Positions 37,553 to 52,008 of a stretch of 64,000 nucleotides of DNA are shown in pieces; position 1 is the stretch's first letter, and every line of letters starts with the position of its first letter. This DNA comes from Macrostomum lignano (taxonomy: Eukaryota), in assembly GCA_002269645.1 (NCBI GenBank), contig NIVC01000733.1, positions 124,001-188,000 on the forward strand, in the 5' to 3' direction. The position numbers were made by a program, and so were the translations under genes. The notes beneath the pieces are model-generated. The model was not told the DNA's origin. It saw only the letters and a program-made list of their open reading frames with translations, and did no database searches.

Positions 37553-38427
37553 CATTTTTGTTCAGAGTTAGAAAGCAAAGTCAAGGTTGAGTTCATCATT
37601 TCCGTCTCTTTCTCACTCTCGCTCTGCTTGCTCAGTGTTGAAGCTAACGAGTACCCCTAGCTACCATCAGCCATGCATGGTGATGAGGTGTGGAGCATGG
37701 AGTCGCATCTCTCAGCAGGGTGCTGCAAGCGCTCCCAAACACACACACTAATGGAACAGGCGCACAACAATGGATCACGCTGTGAGCAGAGTAACGCGAG
37801 AAGGCAGGCGCACCTGCTCCGCCAGGGAATTAACGGGGTTCCAAAGCCTTCATCCTCTGCGCAGCTTCCTCTCTGCCTATAGCTTAACTTCAGTTTTGGT
37901 TGGCTGATTCAGCTATAGCAGCCATAATCACAGAATATATATAGTCATTTCATCTTAAGTGTATCCAAGGCGTGGTGGGCATCAAAGAAATTCTTGGCCT
38001 AAGCCCGTTCAGCTCTGCACTCGCCATGGCAGGAAGTTAAGACGGAGAGAGGTAGATAGGCCCTATAACTCCTTAAGTCCTGCATGTATACCTGACCTTA
38101 GCGATTCTACTAAGAAGACTGAGAGAAGAGAGAAAGATTGAGATTGAGTGTGCACACTCAGACTCAGAGAAGCTTCCACACTGCACGCCACGATCGCTTG
38201 TGTGTATGTGTGTGTTTACCGAAAGACCGTTCCTTCAGAGCTCACACAGCATATATATGTAAGAGGGTATTACAACAAGACCTCCAATACAGCCAACCAA
38301 TAAGCGTGCTTAGAGAAATCGACGGAGACCAAAAGTTAGCTATATATATGTACTGAGTTCCTCGGAAAGGCGACCTATTATATACTGAATCAGACTTCCG
38401 TTCCACCTAGACAGAGGCGGACGGACA

Positions 38428-38736
38428 ATGCATCAGATGACGCAGAGTCAGTCAGATCCGGAGCAGTTGAAACGTGAGCATCTGCAGCTGTTAAAAGAGC
38501 TGCGCCAGAGGCGGATGCAGCGTTGCAGACGCTTCGCTGGTCGGTACAATGCCAGCGATGCTGAGAAATCTAAGCCAGCCAAGCTGGGACAGCATCCGGA
38601 GCTTCATCATCATAATTCAACAACAAGCAATATACCGGTAGCTCAGATCCTTCAGAAGCAATTATTTATAAATCCCAGCGACTGCAGCGAGTGCTGCTGC
38701 AGCGATCATGACACGGAGGACGAGGACGACTTCTCG
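38428..38736 (+). CDS. Possible coding exon (unknown; may be an upstream exon of the CCDC62-like gene)
   Basis: Acceptor cctag at 38410, ATG at 38428, 103 codons, donor tcg|gtaagc (phase 0). Protein-like composition, no recognisable domain. Confidence 0.45.
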
Positions 38737-39194
38737 GTAAGCTTTATTCGATAATGCAAACTGATTTAAACAAAGGACTTTAAAAAACTAAGAACTATAG
38801 ACTTTGAAAGGCAGCGGAGAAACAACTACGAGTATCAATATTTTCTGGTTTTTAATTTTTTGCAGAGCGATTGTTAAAAAAAGAAATTATGCAAACATGA
38901 GGGAATAAAGAGAGTAGATAAATAGCAAGCAGAGAGAGAGAGGGGGCAGAGGTAGAGGAACAAAATGAGGTCGTGAGACTAGAGTAGTAGAGAGAGAGCA
39001 GTGGAAGATGAAGAGAGAGATGGAAAGAGTGGAGAAAGAGGAAGATAAAGGGGAGAAGGGTGGGAGAGAGAGCAAGAGTTCTGTACTCTCTCTCTCCCTC
39101 TCTCTCACTGATCATAATAGCCCTGACGAAGAATATACAATATTTGAAATATCTTAAACATCTGCGTTACCGTTGAGGTTTGAGAACGCTTCCC

Positions 39195-39349
39195 TATCTC
39201 TCTTCTCTCCCCCTCTCTCTCCCTTCTCTCTCCCTCTCTCTCCCTCTCTCTCCCTTCTCTCTCCCTCTCTCTCCCTCTCTCTCCCTTCTCTCTCCCTCTC
39301 TCTCCCTCTCTCTCCCTTCTCTCTCCCTTCTCTCTCCCTCTCTCTCCCT

Positions 39350-39381
<32 letters not shown>

Positions 39382-39545
39382 CCTTCTCTCTCCCTTCTCT
39401 CTCCCTCTCTCTCCCTTCTCTCTCCCTCTCTCTCATTTCTCTCTCCCTCTCTCTCTCGCCCTCTCTCTCCCTCTCTCTCGTGCTCTATCTTTCCGTATGT
39501 CTCCCCCTCTGTCTCTCTCTCTCCCTCTCTCTTCCTCTCTACCTC
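39195..39545. repeat. CT-rich low-complexity tract
   Basis: CTCTCTCC/CTTCT units. Confidence 0.88.
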
Positions 39546-40262
39546 TATCTATCCATAGAGATATAGAGCAGAGAGGCAGTGGAGGGCAGAGTTGATAAAG
39601 ACACGAAAACCGTACTCAATTGAAACCTATACCTACTCCAGCAGTTTGTAAGCTTCCACACGCATACTCATTCCCATTACACATTGCCGCTCCAGCAACT
39701 GCAGTAAAATATTCAGTACCAGAAGTAAAACACTCCCAGTTGCTTATGGATATGTCTCCTCTTCAATAGCTGGGAATAAAAAGTGTCTGTCTTCCAGAAT
39801 CGACAGACAGACACAAAAGAGCTGCTGCAGTGGAAATGGATTAGGTAGGGCTGCAGAAATTCTTTAATTTCTTGGCGAATGCAAAGGAATATGGCTTGAC
39901 TTTGGAATTCGGGAACAATGGAACGGAGATGAAGATGAGGATATAGCAGCTGCTGCGAGAGAGATGGAAATTGAGCAATTTTAAGTTAGTCATGTGGGCG
40001 AAGCATGACCGTGGTAGAGGTGGAAAATCAATGTACATTACTGCATGCACTGTGTGCTTAAATCATCGCTTGCTGGATGAAATTTCATCTTTTTCAATTG
40101 AATTATGAGACAAAAACCAGTGTGATACCAACAGTTAAGGCTGGCACTGCTGAGTGCGCGGCTGAAAATGATTGATGATCCGATGAGGTGTAGGGGAAGC
40201 TGGGACTGCTCTTCGGTTGCAGTATGCTGGTTTGAACTGCCTCTATGTTTGTAGGTCAAAGC

Positions 40263-40263
40263 T

Positions 40264-40340
<77 letters not shown>

Positions 40341-40342
40341 GG
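40263..40342. repeat. (GATA)n microsatellite
   Basis: Direct repeat. Confidence 0.95.
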
Positions 40343-41441
40343 ATAGATAGATAGATAGATAGCACACAGTGGGACGTATTTACTGTCAGTAACTGATGGC
40401 AGTCTAACCCTTCGCCAGAGAGGTCAAGCTGCAGCTACAGCGGCAGTCAGCCAGCCGGCTTCTTGTCACTAAATAGCGCATGTCTTTGAAAAGTAAATTT
40501 CTTGGGCAAACACAAGTCTATTCAGTTGGCTAAAACTATTGAACCACTTCAGCTCAGGTAAGGTAAACGCAGCTTATTTGAAAATGCCAAATGATTTAAA
40601 AAACAGACTGACATCGCCAACAGGCAAGCAAATATGCATCTAGCAAAAAAGTAGTGAATTTCCTCGATACTCTACTTTTAACCGTAGTCTAAGTAGAGTG
40701 TAATGCGCATGAGTAATAAACTTTTCAGCAGTTTTTTATCATTGCTACCCTAAATTGAGATCTGCATTGGCTCTGTCAAACTTGCAACAGGCAGACTGTG
40801 TAACTTCATTATAATCGTTGTATAGAGACACTCGAAACTGCAGAACACACCTGGGCGTGTAGTTTGTGAATCACTCCATCATCAGACTCTATTATTATTA
40901 TCGCAAAACGGTCTCAAGCAAGGCCCCCTCTTACGCGTTCTGCTCATCTCTTCAATGCAAATTGATGACACAGAATTTCTTAGAAAATTGTTCAACCGTC
41001 AAAATGACGCTACCACCGGGCGCCACGCTTCTCGGTCAATTTTTTTATTGTATAAGTTTTTCATAAGCTGTCCATCTCAGCAATATGCGCTGCTTTTCAT
41101 CGCAGAAATTTTCTTCGCATTTCACGGCGCTGGGCGTATTTACCTTGAGACCCAATCTGTCATCAGAGACTGGAACTGAGAGTGCAATTCTCTTCTGCGT
41201 TTGAAACAATTCTTTGGAGGGAATATAGCAATTAACTAAGCAAATATGTTGCTACACTGACACTTGAGCCGAATCAAATTCATTCCTGGGTGCCGACCTC
41301 TGCTGTCGTTAATCAAGCTACACTTCTTACTAGTAAACTCTCGATTAATTACTTCGTGATTCTTCATAAGGCAATGCGGATACTGAAACTTGCGACCGTT
41401 TTCGCCTCTGGTGCTGGCGCCTCTGGTGCTGGCGCCTCTGG

Positions 41442-41734
<293 letters not shown>

Positions 41735-42674
41735 GGTCCGTACACCCTGTTCTCTCTTTTTTCATAAAGATTTGAGTCCAGCGAACAAACAGCCCATTGA
41801 AGTAATTTTGATCTCTAATTTTGGCAGGAATTTAAGTGGGGACTTCAGACTGCGACAAAAATAACACAGTTTCTTCAGGAACCAGCAAACTAAATATTCA
41901 TCAACTAATGCTAAAATATTCCACAGAAAAACATAGAAAAATAAAGTAACTCATCAATGTAATTGTGAGCGGCAATAGAATTACTTCTAGAGTAATACGT
42001 GCTCGTTGAGATTTTTGGCCCCAGAGCGAGCGACAGAGAGACTTAGTAGATGAGTTTGACGCCCAGGTGAGCTGGAAACATCACAGAGCAGAAGACGCGC
42101 AGTATTGTAAAACTTGAGGGGCGCATGCACGAGATGCCACAAATGCAGCGAGTCCTGTGAGTGAACCGCTCGCCAAAAAATGTCTTTCATAGCCCCCCGA
42201 CTGCGCGAGATTGCAATCTGTTCAAAAGCTGCTGCAGCAGAGAATCGCGCACAGAATGCTATAGCCAGTCGGGCAGACAGCCTTCGGACACTCCAACCCC
42301 AGCTTGAGCCGCAGGCGCAGACGGCAGGCCATTGCACATTGCACACACACACACTGGGGCTGGTTAACTGCCAATAAGTTTTCTGGCTTTCTCCTCTTCT
42401 CTCTTTCAGGTCTGACCCTCAACAGCCCCCGCCCTTAGTCCCCAAAGGTCTCATTCTATTTCTCTAGCGAAACTAGCACCTACTCACGCATTGGCTGTCC
42501 CAGCTGTCTCGCAGGCAAAACGCAAACCGAAACCCCCTATTACAGACAGGATCAGTGGAGCAACTTCTGAGAAAGATAAACTCTCAACTAGAAGCAGACA
42601 CAGCGGCTTTAGTTGAGTCAACTCAAGCGGCCACGAAAGGAGTCACTACTAGCGCTGCCTGCGATAAAAAAGTC

Positions 42675-42728
42675 ATGATGCGATCCAGACGAACTTCTGC
42701 TGGCGGCGACAACCACAGGAATGGATAT
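42675..42728 (+). CDS. CCDC62: CCDC62-like gene, upstream exon (5' extent uncertain; frame open back to an acceptor at 42545/42546)
   Basis: MMRSRRTSAGGDNHRNGY with donor tat|gtaagt, phase 0 compatible with 43199. Confidence 0.55.
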
Positions 42729-42959
42729 GTAAGTGAAGTCTGCGCTATCGTTCTCAGATTGGTTTAACTGCTTCCTTAGTTCTCGAAATACCTGGATTAT
42801 AAATTCGGAATTCTAATAGTAATATGATTACAGTAATGTGCAGATGTGCAACCGACAGCTCAGCCGCAGCTATTTAAGCGGCGCATCTGAAGGCTGCGTA
42901 CGGCTGTTCAGTCCAAGGACTGGGGGGGGGTCGCCATACACAGCCTCAATTATCCCAGC

Positions 42960-43035
42960 TAATGCTGGCACCCATTTTACAGCTGGGTGAACTGAAGAAA
43001 TGTAGAGTTAAGCGTCTTGCTCAAGGAAACAACTT
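42960..43035 (+). mobile_element. CORE-SINE / L2-tail-like fragment
   Basis: GCTGGCACCCATTTTACAGCTGGGTGAACTG...GTTAAGCGTCTTGCTCAAGGAAACAAC resembles the recalled MIR/CORE consensus GTTAAGTGACTTGCCCAAGG and invertebrate L2-related tails. Confidence 0.45.
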
Positions 43036-43198
43036 CTTAGGTCGAGAATCTTCTGAAATTTCAATAGATTGGTGCTTTTTTATGCGTTTCTAGTCAAGAA
43101 AAAACATGCTTGTAGTAGACTTCTTTTTCTGGAATTGAATTGAAAAAAATACATACATATTAAAACAAACAAATCCGTCAAAATCCATCTCGACACAG

Positions 43199-43417
43199 TC
43201 CGGCACACCTGACTTTGAGAACGGCGTCATTGTCAAGCAGCGCAAAGAGCTGCAGCTGCTGGTCTCGGAGCTGCGAGAACGCGACACCGAGCTCAACGAG
43301 TTGGTCAACTCGCACCAGAAGCAGCTCAGCAACTGGGAGGCGGACAGAAAGAGGCTCATTGTACTGGAAGAGAAGCTCCGACAGAAGGACCAAGAGTTGC
43401 AGGAGAAGAACGGCCAG
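43199..43417 (+). CDS. CCDC62: CCDC62-like coiled-coil protein, conserved N-terminal exon (not in ORF track)
   Basis: acacag|tcc ... cag|gtgagc. KQRKELQLLVSELRERDTELNELVNSHQKQLSNWEADRKRLIVLEEK closely resembles human CCDC62 (recalled KQRKELQLLIGELKDRDKELNDMVAVHQQQLLSWEEDRQKVLTLEE). Confidence 0.85.
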
Positions 43418-43495
43418 GTGAGCATAGATTAACGCGCGGCTCTTAACCATAAAAAACGAGTTTTATTGAACTCTAAAAACATTCGTACATTGCAG

Positions 43496-44453
43496 CTGAA
43501 GTCTGCCATGTCCCGCCTGGAAGAGTCAGTCAAGCAGTCGGAAGAGCGAGCCCTGCAGGTGCAGGAGCTGCAGAAGCAGCAGGACCGCCTGCAGGACGAG
43601 AGCGCCGGCCTGCGTGGCACCTGCGAAGAGCTGGAGGACACAAACTACCAGCTGGACCGGAGGCTGCGCGAGACCAGCGCTCAACTCGTCCAGGTGGAGA
43701 CCCGAGCTGGTCAGCTTGAGCAGGACGTGCACACGGCTGCTCAGAACCTGCACCAGCTGCTCCACCGACTCAAAGCCAGCGACGCGTCTCGGAAAGAGCT
43801 CCAATCCCAGCAGGAAGAGCAGCGTCAGGAAAATGAGCAACTGCGAGCTGAGATTCGAAAGCTGGCCGGCGAGAGCCGCGACCTGCTTCGCGTCAACGAG
43901 AAACTCCAGCAGCAGACCGAGCAGCTGCAGAAGGACTGCCAGCTCGCCGCTGAAAGGGAACGACGCAAGGACGAGCTGGTGCAGAGCCAGCGACTCAAGC
44001 AGGAGCGGACAGACGCCGAGCTGCAGCAGCTGCGCGGGATGTACGAACGAATGCAGATGGACTTGGCCGCGCTGACCACCAATCTGGACACGAATCGGGA
44101 CGGTGCAGCCGGCGGCGGGACTGACGGAGGCGCGCTGCTGGAGGCCGACCTGGCCAGGTGGACCGGCGGCAGCTCCCGCGGCGGCGCGAACGGCAACGCG
44201 CCTGCAGCAGTCAACGGCAGGCAGCAGCGACCTCCGCCGGCGTCGCTGCCGCTGTCCAGCAAGCCGCCACTGCGACGCGGCCCGCCGTCGACTGCGGCGT
44301 CCGTGGCCTCGTCGACGTTTTCACAGCCTCCCGCATCGTCGCAGCATTATCAGCAGCATCATCATCATCAGCATCAGCAGCAACAGCAGCAGCAGCATCA
44401 GCCGCCGCCGCCGCCGCCCTATCACGTGGGCAGCGGCCGATTTCTAGGAAACA

Positions 44454-44485
<32 letters not shown>

Positions 44486-44605
44486 AGCGGCGGCAGATCC
44501 GGCGGCTCCCTGCCCGACTTGAGCCCCGGCGCCAACGAGGACTCCGACAGGTGGGCCGCCGCCTCCAAACGACTCGGCGGACGCGAATCCTCATCTGGGA
44601 GGCTG
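43496..44605 (+). CDS. CCDC62: CCDC62-like protein, long coiled-coil plus low-complexity exon
   Basis: ttgcag|ctg acceptor, ctg|gtgagt donor, phase 0. Heptad-rich region followed by G/S/H/Q/P tracts. Confidence 0.85.
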
Positions 44606-44706
44606 GTGAGTCAGGCTGGGATTCTTGAGTTTGGCTTCTTATTGAACTCAAGTGTCTTAGTATTGGGTCACGATTTACCTAATCGCTCGCTTCATTCGCA
44701 CTGCAG

Positions 44707-44814
44707 CACAGCGGTCACTATGGCAACGGAAACCTACCGTACTATTCATCCTCGCTGGACAAATCAGTGCTCTACTCAAAAGACCTGCGCGACTACGCGT
44801 CAGATTTGGCATGA
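44707..44814 (+). CDS. CCDC62: CCDC62-like protein, probable last exon
   Basis: ctgcag|cac acceptor, phase 0; HSGHYGNGNLPYYSSSLDKSVLYSKDLRDYASDLA*. Confidence 0.55.
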   Translation, partial: HSGHYGNGNLPYYSSSLDKSVLYSKDLRDYASDLA

Positions 44815-45371
44815 AGCGCACTGCTAATCCCACTGCCGACTGTTCACTTCAAATCCAATTGGATCAGAATATTTATACAAAACAGTGACAGTTTTGGCGT
44901 CAGTTTGAACTATCCGAGGACCCAATTGCATTGACCAAGCGGCTGTGTGTCTGTGATGATTCAGCGATCTATTTTATACATATTATAACAAAATCTAGCA
45001 GTTTTTATATTCCTGTTTATATTCTCTTCAATAGCGCACGCTTGCGATTTTGTGTTAAGCATCTGTGCTTTTCTGTTTAAATGCGCTTCACTATACACTG
45101 GCCTACGTGTTTAACCTTTTTTGCCCGCACCTAATCAGCATGATGTTATTTATATTGTACGCCCTCCACCCCAAGAGCGGGGCTTAGCGAAGCTTAATAA
45201 ACGCTGCCATCAAGTAAGAAACCAGATCGAATGCAATGTGAACTTTAAACACTTGGATGGAGGCACCGCACGAGGGATGAAAGTTGATAAAAAAAGGACT
45301 AGGGTTTACTTGGTCGTATTATGTCGGTCTGAGAATGACCCTTTGAGGCTGCCAGTATCAGTCTAACATAT

Positions 45372-45950
45372 TCGATCGATAATTTTGGTCTCTCTCTTCA
45401 CCCACCCCAAAAGATCGATAATTCTGGTCTCTCTCCACACCCACCCCAAAAAGATCGATAATTCTGGTCTCTCTCCACACCCACCCCAAAAAGATCGATA
45501 ATTTTGGTCTCTCTCTTCACCCACCCCAAAAAGATCGTTAATTCTGGTCTCTCTCTTCACCCACCCCAAAAAGATCGATAATTCTGGTCTCTCTCCACAC
45601 CCACCCCAAAAAGATCGATAATTTTGGTCTTTCACCTCCCCTACCCCAAAAAGATCGATAATTTTATTTTCTCTCCTCAACCACCCAAAGAGATCGATAA
45701 TTCTGGTCTCTCTCCACACCCACCCCAAAAAGATCGATAATTCTGGTCTCTCTCCACATCCGCCCCAAAAAGATCGATAATTCTGGTCTCTCTCCACACC
45801 CACCCCAAAAAGATCGATAATTCTGGTCTTTCTCCTCACCTACCCTAAAAAGATCGATAATTCTGGTCTCTCTCCTCCCCTACCCCAAAAAAATCGATAA
45901 TTTTATTTTCTCTCCTCAACCACCCAAAGAGATCGATAATTCTGGTCTCC
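45372..45950. repeat. ~39-40-bp minisatellite CCACCCCAAAAGATCGATAATTCTGGTCTCTCTCCACAC
   Basis: About 15 copies. Confidence 0.93.
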
Positions 45951-46313
45951 GGACCGTTAAGATATTCCACAACTTTACCAGAAGGTCGGATTTATCCCAA
46001 AAGGGCCAGTCTATTCAATACCCTTATGTGCTAATTAGCCCGTGGGTGATACTTCATCTCCTGATGCAGGTGAAACACTAACATTACACCAGGTGTCAAT
46101 TAGGATGATGTCAAGATTTATCGAAGCAGTTACATCGATGAAGCTACAGCCTCGACTTATGCTCGCAAATAATCCAAAATTGTAGAAACAGCCAGTCAAG
46201 AGAGAGTCACTAAGCCACAGAAATCGCAGATCGCCAGAAATCAAATGCCAGCAGACAAGGCCTCACAAACTGCTGAAATTTTTGTTGCGATTCAATACCG
46301 ATGACATTTATTT

Positions 46314-47206
<893 letters not shown>

Positions 47207-48039
47207 ACTCTGTCTCTTTAATTGCATAAGCTTGATTCTAAGGATAAGTTGGAAGCTTATCAGTAAACAAGGGTCGCGATTAGGGGCAATTTTTATAAAC
47301 TAGACGAGTTCGCTACGATATAATATGAAAATTCGACTCAGAAGTTCATTGAAAAGCATTTACGAGTACATGAGTGGAAGTGCGGGACACGAAAGAGTCG
47401 TGAGAGCACATCAAGTAAGTTTCAGATCGAGTTGAAGAGGAAAACACGACAGGCCCGCCCACTCAATGGGAGTGCACTACCGCGCTCTCATTTCTCCATT
47501 GACTATTTTTAGCAATCCCAATCTTTCACATTATTGACTCCCAGTAAAGCATTAAATATAGAAATCCGGGTTGTATCTAATTAGACAAATATCTTAGTTG
47601 AATACAAAGTCAAAAAATTGTTAAAAATTTTGAAAATTTTTAAAAATTCTTGCATTGTAGAAATCCACACCAACGAATATATTTATCCCAATGAGGAGGA
47701 ATCCTAAGGGAGTTTGTGTCTTAGGCTATCTTTTTATCTTTTTAATCAAATGCTTAACTTTTCCGGCTTACTAAATCAGACTAATTATGCACGTTTGAGT
47801 TCGTGTTTTTTCATAGTATTTCTAGTAGTAGGGAATTACTACGCAATAATTTTATAGTGAAAAAATATTTTTTACGTATTTTTTATTATCAATTTTTTTG
47901 CTTGGGTGCGAAATCGTGCGCTTTATAAGGAAAGTCGTTCTCTTGACTTTGTAGACACTTTTGGCACGATTCTCCATATTATTCGCCAGTGACATGAATG
48001 AAATGAATTACATTGTCGCTAGTACATAAATATTTTCGC

Positions 48040-48790
48040 CATTTGCATGAACCTTGGCCCTAATTAAATGAATCTTGGCGCTAATTACATAAATCTTGGT
48101 GCTAATTACATGAATCTTGGCCCTAATTAAATGAATCTTGGCGCTATTTACATGAATCTTGGCACTAATGACTTGAATATTGACGCTATTTACATGAATA
48201 TTTTCCCCCTAATTACATAAATCTTGGTGCTAATTACATGAATCTTGGCCCTAATTAAATGAATCTTGGCGCTATTTACATGAATCTTGGCACTAATGAC
48301 ATGAATATTGACGCTATTTACATGAATATTTTCCCCCTAATTACATAAATCTTGGTGCTAATTACATGAATCTTGGCCCTAATTAAATGAATCTTGGCGC
48401 TATTTACATGAATCTTGGCACTAATGACATGAATATTGACGCTATTTACATGAATATTTTCCCCCTAATTACATAAATCTTGGTGCTAATTACATGAATC
48501 TTGGCGCTATTTGCATAAATCTTGGCGCTATTTACATGAATCTTGGCGCTAGTTACATGAATCTTGGCGCTATTTACATGAATCTTAACGCTATTTACAT
48601 GAATCTTGGCGCTAGTTACATGAATCTTGGCGCTAGTTACATGAATCTTGGCGCTAGTTACATGAATCTTGGCGCTATTTACATGAATCTTAACGCTATT
48701 TACATGAATCTTGGCACAACTTACATAAATATTGGCTCCATTTACATGAATCTTGGCTCTAATTACAAGAATCTCAGTTACATAATTCGT
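48040..48790. repeat. 21-bp minisatellite TTACATGAATCTTGGCGCTAT with a 128-bp higher-order repeat
   Basis: The variant TTACATAAAT recurs at 48085, 48213, 48341 and 48469. Confidence 0.92.
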
Positions 48791-49254
48791 GGCGCCATTG
48801 AAACAGAAAAAGCTAAAAACAAGCAATTTAGGCTACTTGCTGTTAACAAATATATATTTATCTAAGCTAAAAATTTCGGGCACAATATCTTTATAAATAA
48901 CAAGCGTCAGCATCTGTTTTTGTCTAGAAGCCATAGCACTGAGGCTGCTTATTATATTTCAGGTCTTGTTTTTTTTATTTTGAGGTGAGAACTTAGACAG
49001 AGCTGAGCGAGAGAGCCGACAGGTGGAATTCTCAAGAATTTTGATTGGGTCTTAACCTTTAAATCCGCAAGTAATTAAAATTATTTTTTACTTGCTTATT
49101 TTTAGGTCACTTTTACTTGTACAAACTAAAAAATTCTCACTTTTCAAAAGCTAAATTCACTTTCTTCACGAACTCGAAAGTTTTAGATAGTAAGAGACTT
49201 AGCGGCTGTTTTAACTGTGCAATTCTTTAGTTAGAAATTCCGGTCATCGGGAGG

Positions 49255-49925
49255 GAGACAAGAGAGGGAGAGAGGGGAGAGAGGGAGAGAGGGGGAGAGG
49301 GAGAGAGAGGGAGGGAGAGAGGGAGAGAGGGAGAGAGGGAGAGAGGGAGAGAGGGAGGGAGAGGGAGAGAGGGAAAGAGCGAGAGAGGGAGAGAGCAATA
49401 GATAAAGAGAGAGAGGGGGGTGAGGGAGAGAGGGAGAGAGGGAAAGAGGGAGAGATGGGAGAGAAGGAGAGAGGGAGAGATGGGAGAGAAGGAGAGAGGG
49501 AGAGAGGGAGGGAGAGAGGGAGAGAGGGAAAGAGCGAGAGAGCGAGAGAGGGAGAAAGCAATAGATCAAGAGAGAGAGGGGGGGTAAGGGAGAGAGGGAG
49601 AGAGGGAGGGAGAGAGGGAGAGAGGGAGAGAGGGAGAGAGGGAGGGAGAGAGGGAGAGAGGGAGAGAGGGAGAGAGGGAGAGAGGGAGGGAGAGAGGGAG
49701 GGAGAGAGGGAGAGAGGGAGAGAGGAGGGAGAGAGGGAGAGAGGGAGAGAGGGAGAGAGGGAGAGAGGGAGAGAGGGAGAGAGGGAGGGAGAGAGGGAGA
49801 GAGGGAGAGAGGGAGAGAGGGAGAGAGGGAGAGAGGGAGAGATGGGAGAGGGGAGAGGAGAGAGGAGAGAGGAGAGAGAAGAGAGGAGAGAGGAGAGAGA
49901 GAGGGGAGAAGGTGAGAGATAGAGG
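49255..49925. repeat. GA-rich low-complexity tract (GAGAGAGG)n
   Basis: Almost pure purine. Confidence 0.9.
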
Positions 49926-50511
49926 AAAATCATCCCATTTAAGCATCCCATTTAAGGAAAAATCATCACTAACATCAATACCATTGAGCATCATACAAGA
50001 GGGGAGTCTTAGACGTACCTAAAAAAGTAAGCTTTCGATTGCTGATGAATTTAGCCTTGAGCCTTTTGGCGTCAAAAACAAAGCCGTCAATCGCTTTGAT
50101 CTGCAAACTCACTCGTTAGGGCGTCAATATTTTTGGCATTGAAAAGTCATTAAAGGCCAGCGTGTGTAGGAGCAGATTGCATCGCTTTTTAGCTAGCGAG
50201 AATCGGCTACTATAGCAAGAGAATTCAACTAATGAGCTATCAAACAAAAGGAAATAATTATTAGAAAATTTTCTGCATTCTCTTTATCCTCCCGATTTGA
50301 CGGAAGCTATTGTATTATGGTTTTTGATGGCCAAAACATAAACTCGCTTTTTATAGACATCAAAGATGGATTGGATCTGCCCTGCTAAACGGCTTGAATA
50401 CTCATGCCTGAGCAGTGTATATTTAAAATGTTTTTATTCACTCCTTCATTACATTAGTCATCGGGTTTGAAAAATGGTAAATTTGCAGGAGAACATGGTT
50501 GCGTGTCTGTG

Positions 50512-50762
50512 GCAATGGGGTGTCTGTGGCAATGGGGTGTCTGTGGCAATGGGGTGTCTGTGGCAATGGGGTGTCTGTGGCAACGGGGTGTCTGTGGCAA
50601 TGGGGTGTCTGTGGTACATGGGGTGTCTGTGGCAATGGGGTGTTTGTAGCAATGGGGTGTCTGTGGCACATGGGGTGTCTGTGGCAACGGGGTGTCTGTG
50701 GCAATGGGGTGTCTGTGGCAATGGGGTGTCTGTGGCAATGGGGTGTCTGGCAGATGGGGTGT
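50512..50762. repeat. 17-bp minisatellite GTGGCAATGGGGTGTCT
   Basis: About 14 copies. Confidence 0.93.
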
Positions 50763-50952
50763 CCAGAACAAAATCCAGAAATCCAGAGCGTCAAATTAAT
50801 TCAGAATCTCGCTAAAAGTTAACTCGGAACTCTGAGTCACGAGTTTGACATTCGTTTCGTGAGGTCTCTAATTATCGTCGTGCATGCTGTGTCAAAGGAA
50901 ATTCCATTTATTGAGCTCGGGATTAGTGAAAATTTGAAGATGCTTCTTTCAG

Positions 50953-51532
<580 letters not shown>

Positions 51533-52008
51533 TATCTTTCTTATTATTATTATTAGAATTATGATTAGAATTATTAAAATTACTATTTTCCGTGCTCATG
51601 CACAGCAGCAGAGTCAGTAATGTCAAGCGCCTATTAAAGGATTAGCCAGAGAAATAAGGTCATGAGGGGACGCGGGTTACGGGCGGTGAAGATCCAAACA
51701 TTCGAGCTCGCGTGACAGCTCGATTTATTAAATTCCAGTTTCAGAAATGATTCCTCAAAGCCAGGCCAGATTAGTGAAATTTGAGCCGCCATCGCGTGAC
51801 AGGCAGTTGGATTCTTCGGTTTTGAAGACACCAATAGGACAAATCCAAGCTGGACCGCTTCTGATTGGCCAGTCCAGAGCTGCAGCCAATCGCTGATGGC
51901 CAGACAAGTTACCTTGGGAGATTTCTAAGGAGGGGATAAAAATGGAAAACAAAACCGACGCAGATTAAACTACTGCCCTTGAGAGTCAGAACCTGAGTCC
52001 GGCCGACA

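Noticed and set aside
34512-37660. Repetitive CHSP/ACRT/QAKF ORFs
   Set aside because: Derived from the 55-bp satellite and the foldback-element arms; no transposase or domain content.
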